This document shows, one piece after another, positions 47,552 to 57,032 of a stretch of DNA of 64,000 bases. Position 1 is the stretch's first letter. Each line of letters opens with the position of its first letter. The stretch lies in IMG/VR virus record IMGVR_UViG_3300029564_000003, positions 69,289-133,288 of that record. One strand, written 5' to 3'. The notes under the pieces were generated by a model. That model was not told where the DNA came from. It saw nothing but the letters and a program-made list of their open reading frames with translations, and ran no database searches. The stretch is from a virus. Position numbers and translations under genes: made by a program.

Positions 47552-48004
47552 ATGTTTAACAGCTTCGATATGAGGATGTTTAACGAAGCTAAGAAAGAAG
47601 CCGAGAAGAGCGATTTCGATAAGTTTCATTTCGGAGCAGTGATAACATATAAAAACCGTATTATCGGCAGGGGGCATAATAGCGACAAGACGGACACAAT
47701 GCAATGTAGATATAATATCTATCGTCATTTCAACAACTTCGATGGAATAAATTATGTAAAGCACAGTATCCACGCTGAAATCAGCGCTATCAAAAGCATA
47801 CCATATGTTACTGGCAAAGAGGTTGATTTCTCTAAGTGCAGTATATATATTTACAGGATATGCGATGGCAACGAAAACGGATTCGGCAACAGTATGCCAT
47901 GTCCAGCGTGTCGTCATGCGCTTATTGATATGGGTATTACAAATATATATTACACATCTCAATATGGGTATTCATATACGAAGCTGTCGGAAGGAAAGTT
48001 ATGA
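47552..48004 (+). CDS. dCMP/cytidine deaminase-like zinc enzyme
   Basis: HAEISAI ... PCPACRHALIDMGI = the H(A/C)E and PCxxC zinc-binding motifs of the CDA fold. Confidence 0.55.
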   Translation: MFNSFDMRMFNEAKKEAEKSDFDKFHFGAVITYKNRIIGRGHNSDKTDTMQCRYNIYRHFNNFDGINYVKHSIHAEISAIKSIPYVTGKEVDFSKCSIYIYRICDGNENGFGNSMPCPACRHALIDMGITNIYYTSQYGYSYTKLSEGKL

Positions 48005-48504
48005 GAACCGTTCTTGTATCGTCTGCCAATACGATTAACGAAGACCTTGATGGACTGTGTAAATATATCGGTAAAGAACCCAAAGGTGCGTATGTGATAT
48101 CAATTACATCATCCATTCATCCTTACATAGACGCATATTATGTACGTGGTCTTTTGAAGTTGACGTTTGACGATGTTGAGTATGGTGATGAGTTCGATGG
48201 TTGTCGTGGCATCACGAAGGAAGACGCTGATGCAATCGTTGATTTCTTTGTAAACACGCCAGATGATGCTATTATAATCGTGCAATGCGACGGAGGCATC
48301 TCGCGTTCTGCTGGTGTTGCTGCGGCACTACTTCATATCGACCATGGTGGGGAAGATTTTGTCTTCATGAATCCGCTGATGTGTCCGAACAAGCTGTGTT
48401 TCACCACAGTATTGCAAAGTTATCACGACCACGAGGTGTCATGTCTTATGGATAAGTTCAAGCTTAACGAGCGTTTGAATAAGACATACAGAAAATATTA
48501 TTAA
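48001..48504 (+). CDS. CX5R protein-tyrosine/dual-specificity phosphatase-like enzyme
   Basis: P-loop VQCDGGISRSAG matches the C-x5-R(S/T) signature. Confidence 0.5.
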   Translation: MRTVLVSSANTINEDLDGLCKYIGKEPKGAYVISITSSIHPYIDAYYVRGLLKLTFDDVEYGDEFDGCRGITKEDADAIVDFFVNTPDDAIIIVQCDGGISRSAGVAAALLHIDHGGEDFVFMNPLMCPNKLCFTTVLQSYHDHEVSCLMDKFKLNERLNKTYRKYY

Positions 48505-48519
48505 CAATAAAGGAGGTGA

Positions 48520-48768
48520 GTGCATGTGCAAGATTTCGTAATGAATGATGAGCAACGAGAGCTGGCAGAGAAACACCACGACCTTATCTATAAGGTTGCA
48601 AATGAATGGGGTTTTGATGTAGATGAGTATTACGGAGATATGGCAATCGGTTTATGCTATGCTGTAGGAGCTATCGGTAAGTGCTGTAAGAGCGCCGATT
48701 TCGACAAGATAGCCACGGCATTCATGGTGGCAGAATGTTATAGGCCAACTTCTAAATATTACTATTAA
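48520..48768 (+). CDS. hypothetical protein (82 aa)
   Basis: AAAGGAGGTGAG RBS. Confidence 0.5.
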   Translation: MHVQDFVMNDEQRELAEKHHDLIYKVANEWGFDVDEYYGDMAIGLCYAVGAIGKCCKSADFDKIATAFMVAECYRPTSKYYY

Positions 48769-48813
48769 GGTTATATGCTAGTATGTATATTAGCCATGAG
48801 AAAGGTGAAGGAA

Positions 48814-49422
48814 ATGAGCAAGTATAAAATCAGCGATGTCATCAAGGATATCGATGAGCAGCTTGACGCGTGTGTTTTGTGCGAAGGCTCTTTCGTTGGT
48901 TGTAGCGAGTACGACCAGCTTTGGAAGCGACGTGACATGCTGCAAAAGTTTGACGAGTGGGGCTATGAGTTTGTCGATGAAAACGACAACCGAATCCTGG
49001 ATAACGGCATAATCGTTCCGATTCCAGACAGGTATCGTAGCATTGGTGATGACAACGACGATGTTTCCGATTCCATCAACGATGATGGCGATGACGTGGA
49101 TGAAGAGGATGTAGACCTTGCCGTTGCCGCTCTTGAGGATGTTCTCGATATCATGGATGTGTCTGACAAGGTTCTCGATATCCTTGGCGATGCTGAGTTC
49201 GAGACCCATGTCATTACCGCAGATACCTATGATTCTGTGAACGTCTCCGTCACAACAGACTTCGGCTACAGCACCGCTGTCGGGAAGACGTATCCGTACA
49301 ACATTTGCGACAACAACGAACTTCTTTCGTCTGTTGTGTTCGACCTTGTTCGTGATATCGTTATCGAGCTTGAGGGCAACTATACATATATGCGTCTCAT
49401 GTTCGAGAACTGTGTCGACTAA
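48814..49422 (+). CDS. hypothetical highly acidic protein
   Basis: GAAAGGTGAAGGAA RBS before MSKYKISD; Asp-rich central region. Confidence 0.45.
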   Translation: MSKYKISDVIKDIDEQLDACVLCEGSFVGCSEYDQLWKRRDMLQKFDEWGYEFVDENDNRILDNGIIVPIPDRYRSIGDDNDDVSDSINDDGDDVDEEDVDLAVAALEDVLDIMDVSDKVLDILGDAEFETHVITADTYDSVNVSVTTDFGYSTAVGKTYPYNICDNNELLSSVVFDLVRDIVIELEGNYTYMRLMFENCVD

Positions 49423-49434
49423 GGAGTATGAAAA

Positions 49435-50619
49435 GTGTATCTTGATAACGCGGCCACGACTAAAATCAAAGACGAAGTCCTTGATGCCATGATGCCGTAT
49501 CTTACAGAGCAATTCTACAATCCATCCTCTCTGTACTCAGAGTCGGTAAAGGTTAAAGAGGCAGTTGACAATGCTCGCTCAATGGTCGGAGAATTCATCG
49601 GTTCAAAGCCGAATGAGATTTACTTCACGAGTGGTGGCAGCGAAGCTAACAGCTGGGCTATTCAAGGCTTCGTCAATAGCCGACTGAATAAGAAGCGGTT
49701 GCCGTATATCATCACCACTGATATCGAGCACAAGTCAATTCTTGATTGTGTGAAGAATCAGACCTTGGCAACCAAGTATCATCTTGGCGTTGATTATGAG
49801 GGTTACGTCTCCAAGGACGAACTCAATGATGCAATTGCGCTCATGATTAACAGCGGTGCAAATCCCGCCGATATTCTCGTGTCTATTCAGTTCGCCAACA
49901 ACGAGGTTGGAAGCATCCAGAATATCGAGGAGCTGTCAGAGGTCGCGCATATGTACGGCTGCGTGTTCCACACCGATGCCGTTCAGGCTTTTGGACAGCT
50001 GAAGATTGATGTGAATGACATGGGTATCGATATGCTCACGGCATCTGCTCACAAGATTGGTGGAGCCAAGGGCACTGGATTCCTGTATATCAAGAACAAG
50101 ATTCGCAGCAAGTACAAGTTCGCACCTCTTGTCTATGGCAGTCAGATGGGCAATCTTCGAGGCGGTACCGAGAACGTGGCTGGCATTGTGGGTATGGCTA
50201 AGGCCGTCGAGCTTATCAAGGATAAGTGGAAGGATGGTGCCGCACTTGCCATGACACGAGATTATTTCATCAATAAGCTCATCGTCATGGGTTGCGATGT
50301 GAATGGCGCTGTTCCAACTGGTGATGATGGTATCAACGACCGTCTTCCGAACAACGTGAACGTCATTCTTCCCGATGGTGTAGCGGCGGAGAATCTGCTG
50401 TATGCGCTTGATTCTGATGGGGTTAAAATCGGAACTGGTTCCGCTTGCAACTCGAAGTCTGTCAAGCCGTCATATGTTTTGAAGGCTATGCACAAGACTG
50501 ATGATGAGTGTTCGCGTAGCATCCGCATCACCATTCCAGATGATATGACTATGAGTGATGTCGATGAGGTTGTCGAGGTAATCGACAAGAATATCGCCGT
50601 GCTTAAGAACATTGGTTAA
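49435..50619 (+). CDS. iscS: cysteine desulfurase (IscS/NifS-like, class V aminotransferase fold)
   Basis: PLP-lysine motif SAHKIGGAKGTGFLYI and catalytic-Cys loop GSACNSKSVKPSYVLKAM closely match IscS motifs; GTG start with AAGGAG RBS. Confidence 0.75.
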   Translation: MYLDNAATTKIKDEVLDAMMPYLTEQFYNPSSLYSESVKVKEAVDNARSMVGEFIGSKPNEIYFTSGGSEANSWAIQGFVNSRLNKKRLPYIITTDIEHKSILDCVKNQTLATKYHLGVDYEGYVSKDELNDAIALMINSGANPADILVSIQFANNEVGSIQNIEELSEVAHMYGCVFHTDAVQAFGQLKIDVNDMGIDMLTASAHKIGGAKGTGFLYIKNKIRSKYKFAPLVYGSQMGNLRGGTENVAGIVGMAKAVELIKDKWKDGAALAMTRDYFINKLIVMGCDVNGAVPTGDDGINDRLPNNVNVILPDGVAAENLLYALDSDGVKIGTGSACNSKSVKPSYVLKAMHKTDDECSRSIRITIPDDMTMSDVDEVVEVIDKNIAVLKNIG

Positions 50620-50635
50620 AATATTGTGTATGTTT

Positions 50636-50690
50636 TATGGTCGTCAATTGTATATGCTGTGATATCGTTGACGACCATATTATTTTATAG
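50636..50690 (+). terminator. possible terminator hairpin
   Basis: ATGGTCGTCAA...TTGACGACCAT 11-bp stem, long loop, ATTATTTTA. Confidence 0.3.
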
Positions 50691-50710
50691 ATTTGAAGTG
50701 AGGTGTGTAT

Positions 50711-51889
50711 ATGATTGTAAATGGCGAACGCGCACTAGCCTATATCGTTAATGTCGATAGCATCACGCCTATCGACGGCGCAGACAACATCGAGCTTGCG
50801 CATGTCGGCGGATGGAGTCTGATTACCAACATAGGACAGTTCAAGGCTGGTGATGAAGCGGTCTTCTTCGAAATCGATTCGCTGCTTCCAGAGGCGGAGT
50901 GGTCTGAGTTCCTGCGTCCTAAGAAGTTCCGAATTAAGACCCTTCGTCTTAATAAGTTCGGTGTGTGGTCTCAGGGCTTGCTCATGCCGATGGATATCCT
51001 GCCGAAGGGTAAGTCGTTCAAAGTCGGCGATGATGTAACCAAGGTTCTCGGCGTGAAGTATTACGTCGCAGAGGACAATGAGCGCAAGGCGAAGAACCCA
51101 AATCCAAATCAGAAGTACAACCGCATGTGCGCACGCAATCCCAAGCTTGCTCAGAAACCTTGGTTCAAGTGGCTCATGAAGCGCCTGTGGGGTCGCAAGC
51201 TGCTGTTCGTCTTCTTCGGACATAAGAGCGATAATCCAAAGAAGTTCCCGCAGTGGATTAAACGGACTGATGAAGATAGGGTGGAGAATGTCATGTGGCT
51301 ACTCGATGACAAATCACCATATGTAGTAACCGAGAAAATCGATGGAACTTCGCTGACGGTATTCCTAGATTTGACTGGTCGTAAACCAGACTTCGGGGTG
51401 TGTTCTCGTAACGTACGTCAGATTGATATGTATAAAGAGAACTTCCATACTGAATCAGCTGGCACCAACGTATACTGGGAGGCAGCGCTTCGGTATGACC
51501 TCAAGACCGTGTGCGAGAAGATTGCAAAGGAGACTGGCAGCAAGCGCGTTGTGATTCAGGGCGAGGTGTACGGTGAGGGCATTCAGGGCAATCCATTACA
51601 TATCGACCACCGCGACCTAGCCGTGTTTAATCTTGTGCTTGACGGCGTGCGTCTTGGCTCCATTGAGGCCGATAATATCTTATGGAAGTACGGTGTCCCG
51701 TTCGTTCCGATTCTCGATGAATCCTTTATTCTCCCCGACAAGGAGGACTTCGAGGACTTCAAGTTGTACGCGGACGGTAAAAGCGTAATTAATAAGAAGT
51801 GTCTGCGTGAAGGTGTCGTATGCCGTAGTCAAGATGGTCAGAAGTCGTTTAAGAACGTCAGTCGCAAATGGCTGATGCAGCATGAGTAG
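50711..51889 (+). CDS. ATP-dependent polynucleotide ligase; RNA ligase-like with N-terminal OB-like domain (Rnl5/DraRnl-like architecture)
   Basis: Nucleotidyltransferase motif I KIDGT (EKIDGTSLTV) ~200 aa from the N-terminus, motif III-like VIQGEVYGEG, motif V-like REGVVCR...K. Confidence 0.5.
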   Translation: MIVNGERALAYIVNVDSITPIDGADNIELAHVGGWSLITNIGQFKAGDEAVFFEIDSLLPEAEWSEFLRPKKFRIKTLRLNKFGVWSQGLLMPMDILPKGKSFKVGDDVTKVLGVKYYVAEDNERKAKNPNPNQKYNRMCARNPKLAQKPWFKWLMKRLWGRKLLFVFFGHKSDNPKKFPQWIKRTDEDRVENVMWLLDDKSPYVVTEKIDGTSLTVFLDLTGRKPDFGVCSRNVRQIDMYKENFHTESAGTNVYWEAALRYDLKTVCEKIAKETGSKRVVIQGEVYGEGIQGNPLHIDHRDLAVFNLVLDGVRLGSIEADNILWKYGVPFVPILDESFILPDKEDFEDFKLYADGKSVINKKCLREGVVCRSQDGQKSFKNVSRKWLMQHE

Positions 51890-51897
51890 GTGAAGAT

Positions 51898-52344
51898 ATG
51901 ATTGGCATGTATCGCGTATTTGATAAGAATAAGCAAGAATATGTCGATGGTTTCTATACGGCTAACGATGGCGCTTTGTGCCATATGAAGAAGCGTAAAC
52001 TTCTTCCCGACAAGCTCGTATATGTTCATGGGATTGATGAGAATGCAGACCGATTCGCACTGCAATATGCGACAGGAATCCGTGATAAGAACGACCGACT
52101 GATTTATGAGGGTGATATCTGCAAGTTGTATAATTTGCCAGATGGAACTGCTCGCGCGGTCATTTCTTGGAGCGATGAGATTGGGTTGTTCTGCGCATTC
52201 GACTTCGATAATGAGAAGTATTACAGCATTTATGGTAATGCATCATCCGATAATATCGAGGTCGTAGGCGATATCTGTACGGGTAACTATCAGGATGTTG
52301 CCATCGAAGACGATAATGACGAGGAGGTTGATAGCGATGGCTAA
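51898..52344 (+). CDS. hypothetical protein (possibly YopX-like)
   Basis: 148 aa; acidic C-terminus; weak. Confidence 0.4.
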   Translation: MIGMYRVFDKNKQEYVDGFYTANDGALCHMKKRKLLPDKLVYVHGIDENADRFALQYATGIRDKNDRLIYEGDICKLYNLPDGTARAVISWSDEIGLFCAFDFDNEKYYSIYGNASSDNIEVVGDICTGNYQDVAIEDDNDEEVDSDG

Positions 52345-53212
52345 GCTTCTAAAGGGCGCTGATATTCGTGCTATTGTAGAAGAGTATGTAAGCAAGAACA
52401 CGAGTATGCTGAAGAAGTTTAACAAGCCTCCCGTGCGTCTAGCTGTCGTTCTCGTTGGCAATGATATGGCATCGAGCGTGTACGTCAGGAATAAGACGAG
52501 GGCTTGCGAGCGATGTGGTATCGAGTGCAAGAACTATGTCCTCGATGAGTTTTCAAGCGCAGATGATATCATCATGCTTATCAAGAAGCTGAACCACGAT
52601 GACAATGTGAATGGAATCTTGTTGCAACTTCCGCTGCCAGAACACCTCAAGGAGGACGAAGAGCGAATCTTGCAGTCAATCAACCCGAATAAGGATGTTG
52701 ATGGATTCTGCTACAACAATGTCGGTAAACTTCATCGTGGCCGACTGAAAGATGCACTCATTCCATGTACAGCAGCTGGTATCATGTACATGTTGAAGTA
52801 TAATCAAATCGATATCGCAGGTAAGCATTGCGTTATCGTGGGCAGGAGCAACATCGTCGGCAAGCCCCTTGCTGGGCTGATGCTTGATAATGATGCTACT
52901 GTTACAGTATGTCATTCTAAGACGGAGAACCTGAAGGATATCTGCAAGCAAGCGGATATCTTGGTGTGCGCAATTGGCAAGCCAAAGTTTTTCGATGAAT
53001 CTTATGTGAAGGATGGTGCCACAGTTATCGATGTGGGCATAAACAGGGATGAGAACGGCGAGCTGTGCGGCGATGTTGATTTTAACTCGGTGTTTGACAA
53101 GGCATCGGCAATCACGCCTGTTCCTGGCGGTGTCGGTGTTCTTACTGTGACAGAGCTTATGCGTAATTGTCTGAGGGCCTGGGAAATCCAGCATAAGAGA
53201 GGATGGTTTTGA
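52337..53212 (+). CDS. folD: bifunctional 5,10-methylene-tetrahydrofolate dehydrogenase/cyclohydrolase
   Basis: Near-diagnostic FolD blocks: VLVGNDMASSVYVRNKTRACE, GILLQLPLP, DKDVDGF, GRSNIVGKP, VGKP, VIDVGINR. Confidence 0.88.
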   Translation: MAKLLKGADIRAIVEEYVSKNTSMLKKFNKPPVRLAVVLVGNDMASSVYVRNKTRACERCGIECKNYVLDEFSSADDIIMLIKKLNHDDNVNGILLQLPLPEHLKEDEERILQSINPNKDVDGFCYNNVGKLHRGRLKDALIPCTAAGIMYMLKYNQIDIAGKHCVIVGRSNIVGKPLAGLMLDNDATVTVCHSKTENLKDICKQADILVCAIGKPKFFDESYVKDGATVIDVGINRDENGELCGDVDFNSVFDKASAITPVPGGVGVLTVTELMRNCLRAWEIQHKRGWF

Positions 53213-53676
53213 TGGGAAAAGGAGCATCATTGAAGGTGTACCTTGCTGGGAAGATGAGCGGGTTGTCATGGGATGAGATGCAGCAGTGGCGTAGGGAGTT
53301 CTCACAGCATGTAAATGAGCATACGCACAATTGCAACATGCAAAACAAAGTCCGTATCTTCAATCCGTGTGATTATTATAACCCGCTATTGTCAGAGGAT
53401 GATGTTGATGGATTCATCGACCGAGAGGCAATGCAGTTCGATATCTACCATCTGAAGGATTCCGATATCGTAGTGGCAAATCTCGATGGCGATAGCATCG
53501 GAACGGCAATGGAGGTCGCGATTGCCAAAGACAACGGCATTCCTGTAATAGGCATATGCCACGATAAGTCAGCGCTGCATCCATGGCTCAAAGAAAGCTG
53601 TATGGCTTTGTGCAATTCGCTGTATGATGCAGAGGCATATGTGTGCGACTATCTCATCCTTCCGATGATGGCATAG
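53212..53676 (+). CDS. nucleoside 2-deoxyribosyltransferase-like / DNPH1-like (NDT-fold) protein
   Basis: VYLAGKMSG ... GTAMEVAIAKDNGIPVIG fits the NDT-family YLAG...G(T/S)xxExGxA pattern; ATG overlaps the folD stop. Confidence 0.45.
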   Translation: MGKGASLKVYLAGKMSGLSWDEMQQWRREFSQHVNEHTHNCNMQNKVRIFNPCDYYNPLLSEDDVDGFIDREAMQFDIYHLKDSDIVVANLDGDSIGTAMEVAIAKDNGIPVIGICHDKSALHPWLKESCMALCNSLYDAEAYVCDYLILPMMA

Positions 53677-53679
53677 CAA

Positions 53680-53925
53680 TGTGTCTTTTATGTGTTGTAA
53701 TTGTTTTGGTATAGACCGATATTGACTTTTTGTATAATATGTTGTATAATACCGCTTGTAAATAGATAAGGTTATATGCAATTGAGTCATGTGCGATATA
53801 ATGCAAATGGCAATATTTTGCGAAACCGAACGGTCGCAATATTATGCGACAATCAACGTGTGTAAAGTTTTGCATATTGTGCGAAATGCAAAAGTATGCA
53901 AGCTAAGAAAGAAATAGGAGGATAT
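53680..53925 (+). promoter_or_regulatory. regulatory intergenic region with repeated TTGCGAAA/TCGCAATATT/TTGCATATTGTGCGAAATGCAAA palindromic motifs
   Basis: Near-palindrome AATATTTTGCGA-N11-TCGCAATATT at ~53806-53840; precedes the replication module. Confidence 0.45.
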
Positions 53926-53927
53926 GT

Positions 53928-55073
53928 ATGGCAAAGCAAGGTGAGAAGCTGGGTAAGAAGAACTGGGTTTCCAAGTTCAAGCTGGTTGGCAAGGCGAAGG
54001 TGAATGATTATACCTTCAAGCTCGATGAGCAGTCCAAGAGTTCTTCGTGGGTTTACAATTCCATGAACCTCGGTATCGACTGTGGTGACAAGTACGGCAT
54101 GTGCTACTGCTCAATGATGGGTGGCTACTCTCCCGACCGAGAGACCACTATTTACGCGAACATGAAGGATGACTTTACCAAGACCGCTAAGATTGCATGG
54201 GAAGACCGCAACGACCCCGATATTCTCGATGAGCTGCACTTCTCGAACTTCATCAGCGTCGCTCTTGAGGTCGATAGCAACGGCAAGAACTACAAGCGAG
54301 AGTTCCTCAGCCCCTATGATGCAATCAAGGCAATTCACAAGCTGCTCAAGGACGGTATGACCGTGTGCGTGGTTGGCAACCTTCAGTATCGCGAGTACAA
54401 CGGCACCGTTCAGATGGACAAGGTCGCGACTGGTATCTTCCTTTCCACCAAGGAGCCAGAGGAGTTCGAGGCAACGTTCACTCAGAGCGTCCTGCTTGGC
54501 AAGGATTCCGTGTCTCCCGCAGATTTCGATAAGATGACTGGCATCCTTCCTGTTGACGGCATCGTTCTCGATTACGTCAAGGAGGTCAACGGCCACGAGG
54601 TCAAGACCAACTATCCGATGCACTTCAATTTCGAGTGCCAGTTCGATAAGCCCGATGTGCTCAAGGCGTTCTATAAGAACATCCTGAAGGTTAAGAAGGA
54701 CTACACTCAAATCAACTTCGTCGGCGAGTTCGTGTCTAGCGGCAGCACCGTCGCGCCAACTCTCGATGACGTTGACGATGACATTCGAAGCCTTATCGGC
54801 GTGTGCTACACCGAGGAGGAGGTGCTTCGTATGTGCGCTGGTAGCGGTTCTCGTGAGCATCACGTTTTCCTGCGCCGACCCAACATTGAGAACATCACCA
54901 CCGATGACGGAATCGTTCATCACAACATGCAGCGTTACGAGGAGCGCTACACCGAGGATGAGATTGATTTCTCTTGGACTATGGTCAACGACGATGAGCC
55001 TCCGTTCGATGAGACCGTCGAGGTTCACTCTGGTGACGACGATGATTTCGATTCTTTCCTGAACGACCTGTAA
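53928..55073 (+). CDS. putative ssDNA-binding/annealing protein with acidic C-terminal tail
   Basis: 381 aa; C-terminus SGDDDDFDSFLNDL resembles SSB-type acidic tails; first gene of the replication module. Confidence 0.3.
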   Translation: MAKQGEKLGKKNWVSKFKLVGKAKVNDYTFKLDEQSKSSSWVYNSMNLGIDCGDKYGMCYCSMMGGYSPDRETTIYANMKDDFTKTAKIAWEDRNDPDILDELHFSNFISVALEVDSNGKNYKREFLSPYDAIKAIHKLLKDGMTVCVVGNLQYREYNGTVQMDKVATGIFLSTKEPEEFEATFTQSVLLGKDSVSPADFDKMTGILPVDGIVLDYVKEVNGHEVKTNYPMHFNFECQFDKPDVLKAFYKNILKVKKDYTQINFVGEFVSSGSTVAPTLDDVDDDIRSLIGVCYTEEEVLRMCAGSGSREHHVFLRRPNIENITTDDGIVHHNMQRYEERYTEDEIDFSWTMVNDDEPPFDETVEVHSGDDDDFDSFLNDL

Positions 55074-55103
55074 TCAGCAGGTTTCAGATAGTTTTGGATT
55101 GCA

Positions 55104-55134
55104 TGGAGGGCGGTTTGATTCGCCCTCCTTCTTT
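55104..55134 (+). terminator. rho-independent terminator
   Basis: GGAGGGCG-GTTTGATT-CGCCCTCC + TTCTTTTG. Confidence 0.55.
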
Positions 55135-55165
55135 TGACAGTTGAATATAAGAAAGGTGAATGAAT

Positions 55166-56251
55166 ATGGGTAAATTTGGCAAGAAGAACCACGTATCTCT
55201 TAACCCGCTCGATGCGAATATCTGCCTTCTCGGTACTCCAAAGGTTGGTAAGACAACTCTTATGAAGGAGGTGGCAGAGGAGCTTGTCGGCGAGGATGGA
55301 TATATGTTCTTGGAGATGTACCGCGAGAATGGTCACAAGTACATCGAAGACCTTATGTACGAAGAGGTCCCAGATTGGACTACGTTCGTTGAGATTATCG
55401 ACGATATCGTTGACAACAAGACCGAAGACTATCCTGACCTGAAGGTTGTCTTTATCGACACCATCGATAACGCTATTTTGCTTGCCGAGCAGGAATCGAT
55501 TCGACTTTGGAATAAGGAGAATCCGACCAAGAAGACCAGTGCAATCAATGCTGCTTGGGGTGGATATATGAAGGGCCAAGACAAGGCAATGGAGCTGTTT
55601 CAGGAACAGATTTTCCGCCTTCGCACAGTAGGTGTTGCATTTCAGCTAATCGGACACGTCCGTGTGGCTACCGTAACAGACCCTGTTACTGGTGATACCT
55701 ATCAGCAGCTCAGTTCCGATGTGTCTCAGCGCTACTTCAATCAGCTCAAAAAGAATATCGACCTTGTCGGTATCGCATACATCGACCGTGAGATTGTAAA
55801 GGACAATAAGAAGAATAGCGTTGTCAAGTCTGAGACCCGCAAGATTAAGTTCCGCGATTCCAGTTATTGCGTCGATAGCGGTGGTCGTATGGCTCACATC
55901 GTTGACGAGATTGAGTTCGGCGCGAAACAATTTATCAAGGCTATGCGAGATGCTCTTGAGGCCGCTGTTCGCGATGGTGGAAAGTCAATCAAAGACCGCT
56001 ATCAGGAGAACAAGGAGCAGGAGGAGGACTTCGAGAAGGAAGTTGCCCAGAAGGAGTCGGCTGCAAAGAAGCGGAAGGAGCTTGATGACACCATCAACAA
56101 TATCGTCATGTTCTTCACCGACAATCGAGATAATCGAGATATTCTGAAGCCTATTATGAAGGCAATCAAGGATATGGGCTACACCAGCCCCAAGGAGATT
56201 GACAATATCGACGATGCTGATAAGATTATGAAGCTCATCGACGAGGCTTAA
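55166..56251 (+). CDS. RecA-like/AAA ATPase (Sak4-type recombination/replication ATPase)
   Basis: Walker A LLGTPKVGKTT, Walker B KVVFIDTID. Confidence 0.45.
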   Translation: MGKFGKKNHVSLNPLDANICLLGTPKVGKTTLMKEVAEELVGEDGYMFLEMYRENGHKYIEDLMYEEVPDWTTFVEIIDDIVDNKTEDYPDLKVVFIDTIDNAILLAEQESIRLWNKENPTKKTSAINAAWGGYMKGQDKAMELFQEQIFRLRTVGVAFQLIGHVRVATVTDPVTGDTYQQLSSDVSQRYFNQLKKNIDLVGIAYIDREIVKDNKKNSVVKSETRKIKFRDSSYCVDSGGRMAHIVDEIEFGAKQFIKAMRDALEAAVRDGGKSIKDRYQENKEQEEDFEKEVAQKESAAKKRKELDDTINNIVMFFTDNRDNRDILKPIMKAIKDMGYTSPKEIDNIDDADKIMKLIDEA

Positions 56252-56260
56252 GGAGATTTT

Positions 56261-56418
56261 ATGAACGATTCCGATATTTTTATCGACGGTCGCATCAAGG
56301 TTCTTGAAGAGCGTTACAATCGACTGGTGCGCAACGGCAAGAACACCGATGGCGAGGGTGTGCTTCGACGTATTCGACGCACCATCAACAAGGCCAAGCG
56401 TGGCGTCGTCCTAGCGTA
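56261..56418 (+). CDS. small basic protein (52 aa)
   Basis: AAGGAG RBS; followed by a GGAGGTGGGG...CCCACCTCC hairpin. Confidence 0.35.
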
Positions 56419-56480
56419 AGGCAGGGACATAACGGAGGTGGGGCTGAACTCCCACCTCCTATATTCGAAGGAGGTGTAAC

Positions 56481-57029
56481 ATGATGGAGGACGAGCTTCC
56501 AACTGTTGAGCAGAAGCCAAAGCGAAAACGAAGGCGCAAGACGTATCCTCAAATGCCGATTAAGGAAAGAGATGCGTGGAATGAGCTTGATATGTTCATT
56601 CGCAAAAACGTCATGGGATATGATGATGTCAAAGGATTGACTACCAACATGGTGCTGCGTCTCAAAGGACTGCGCTGGGGTCAATCAACTGCAAACCTAG
56701 ATGTTTATAAGCGCTCTGATTACACCTTCGAGACGATATTAACGGCATATAAGGCATACATATACGAGATACGTCGAGCCATGTCGAACAAGACATTTGA
56801 GAACGATGAGCAGAAGTTCGCATATGCGCTCAAGATAGTAGAGAATCATGTGCCAGAGATATATCAGCGCATGAAGAATATGCGGGAAGCTAAGAAGAAT
56901 GCGGAACAACACGTAAAAGAAACAGTCGAAGATAATTCATCTAAGCGCAATAACCAGAATGGTCTTGACTGTTTCAGGCAAGTCAAGGACAATGTTCGAC
57001 GCCAGCAGATGTTTGAAGAATTTTGGTAA
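56481..57029 (+). CDS. hypothetical protein with basic N-terminus (KPKRKRRRK)
   Basis: GAAGGAGGTG RBS; 182 aa. Confidence 0.5.
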   Translation: MMEDELPTVEQKPKRKRRRKTYPQMPIKERDAWNELDMFIRKNVMGYDDVKGLTTNMVLRLKGLRWGQSTANLDVYKRSDYTFETILTAYKAYIYEIRRAMSNKTFENDEQKFAYALKIVENHVPEIYQRMKNMREAKKNAEQHVKETVEDNSSKRNNQNGLDCFRQVKDNVRRQQMFEEFW

Positions 57030-57032
57030 GGG

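Noticed and set aside
1358-55028. Numerous long antisense or alternate-frame ORFs in the track (e.g. 1358..1891 +, 4806..5363 +, 5508..5876 +, 6542..7234 +, 10369..11142 +, 44874..45839 -, 54111..55028 -)
   Set aside because: They lie wholly inside better-supported genes on the opposite strand, lack RBS or start context, and have skewed low-complexity compositions. They are shadow ORFs.
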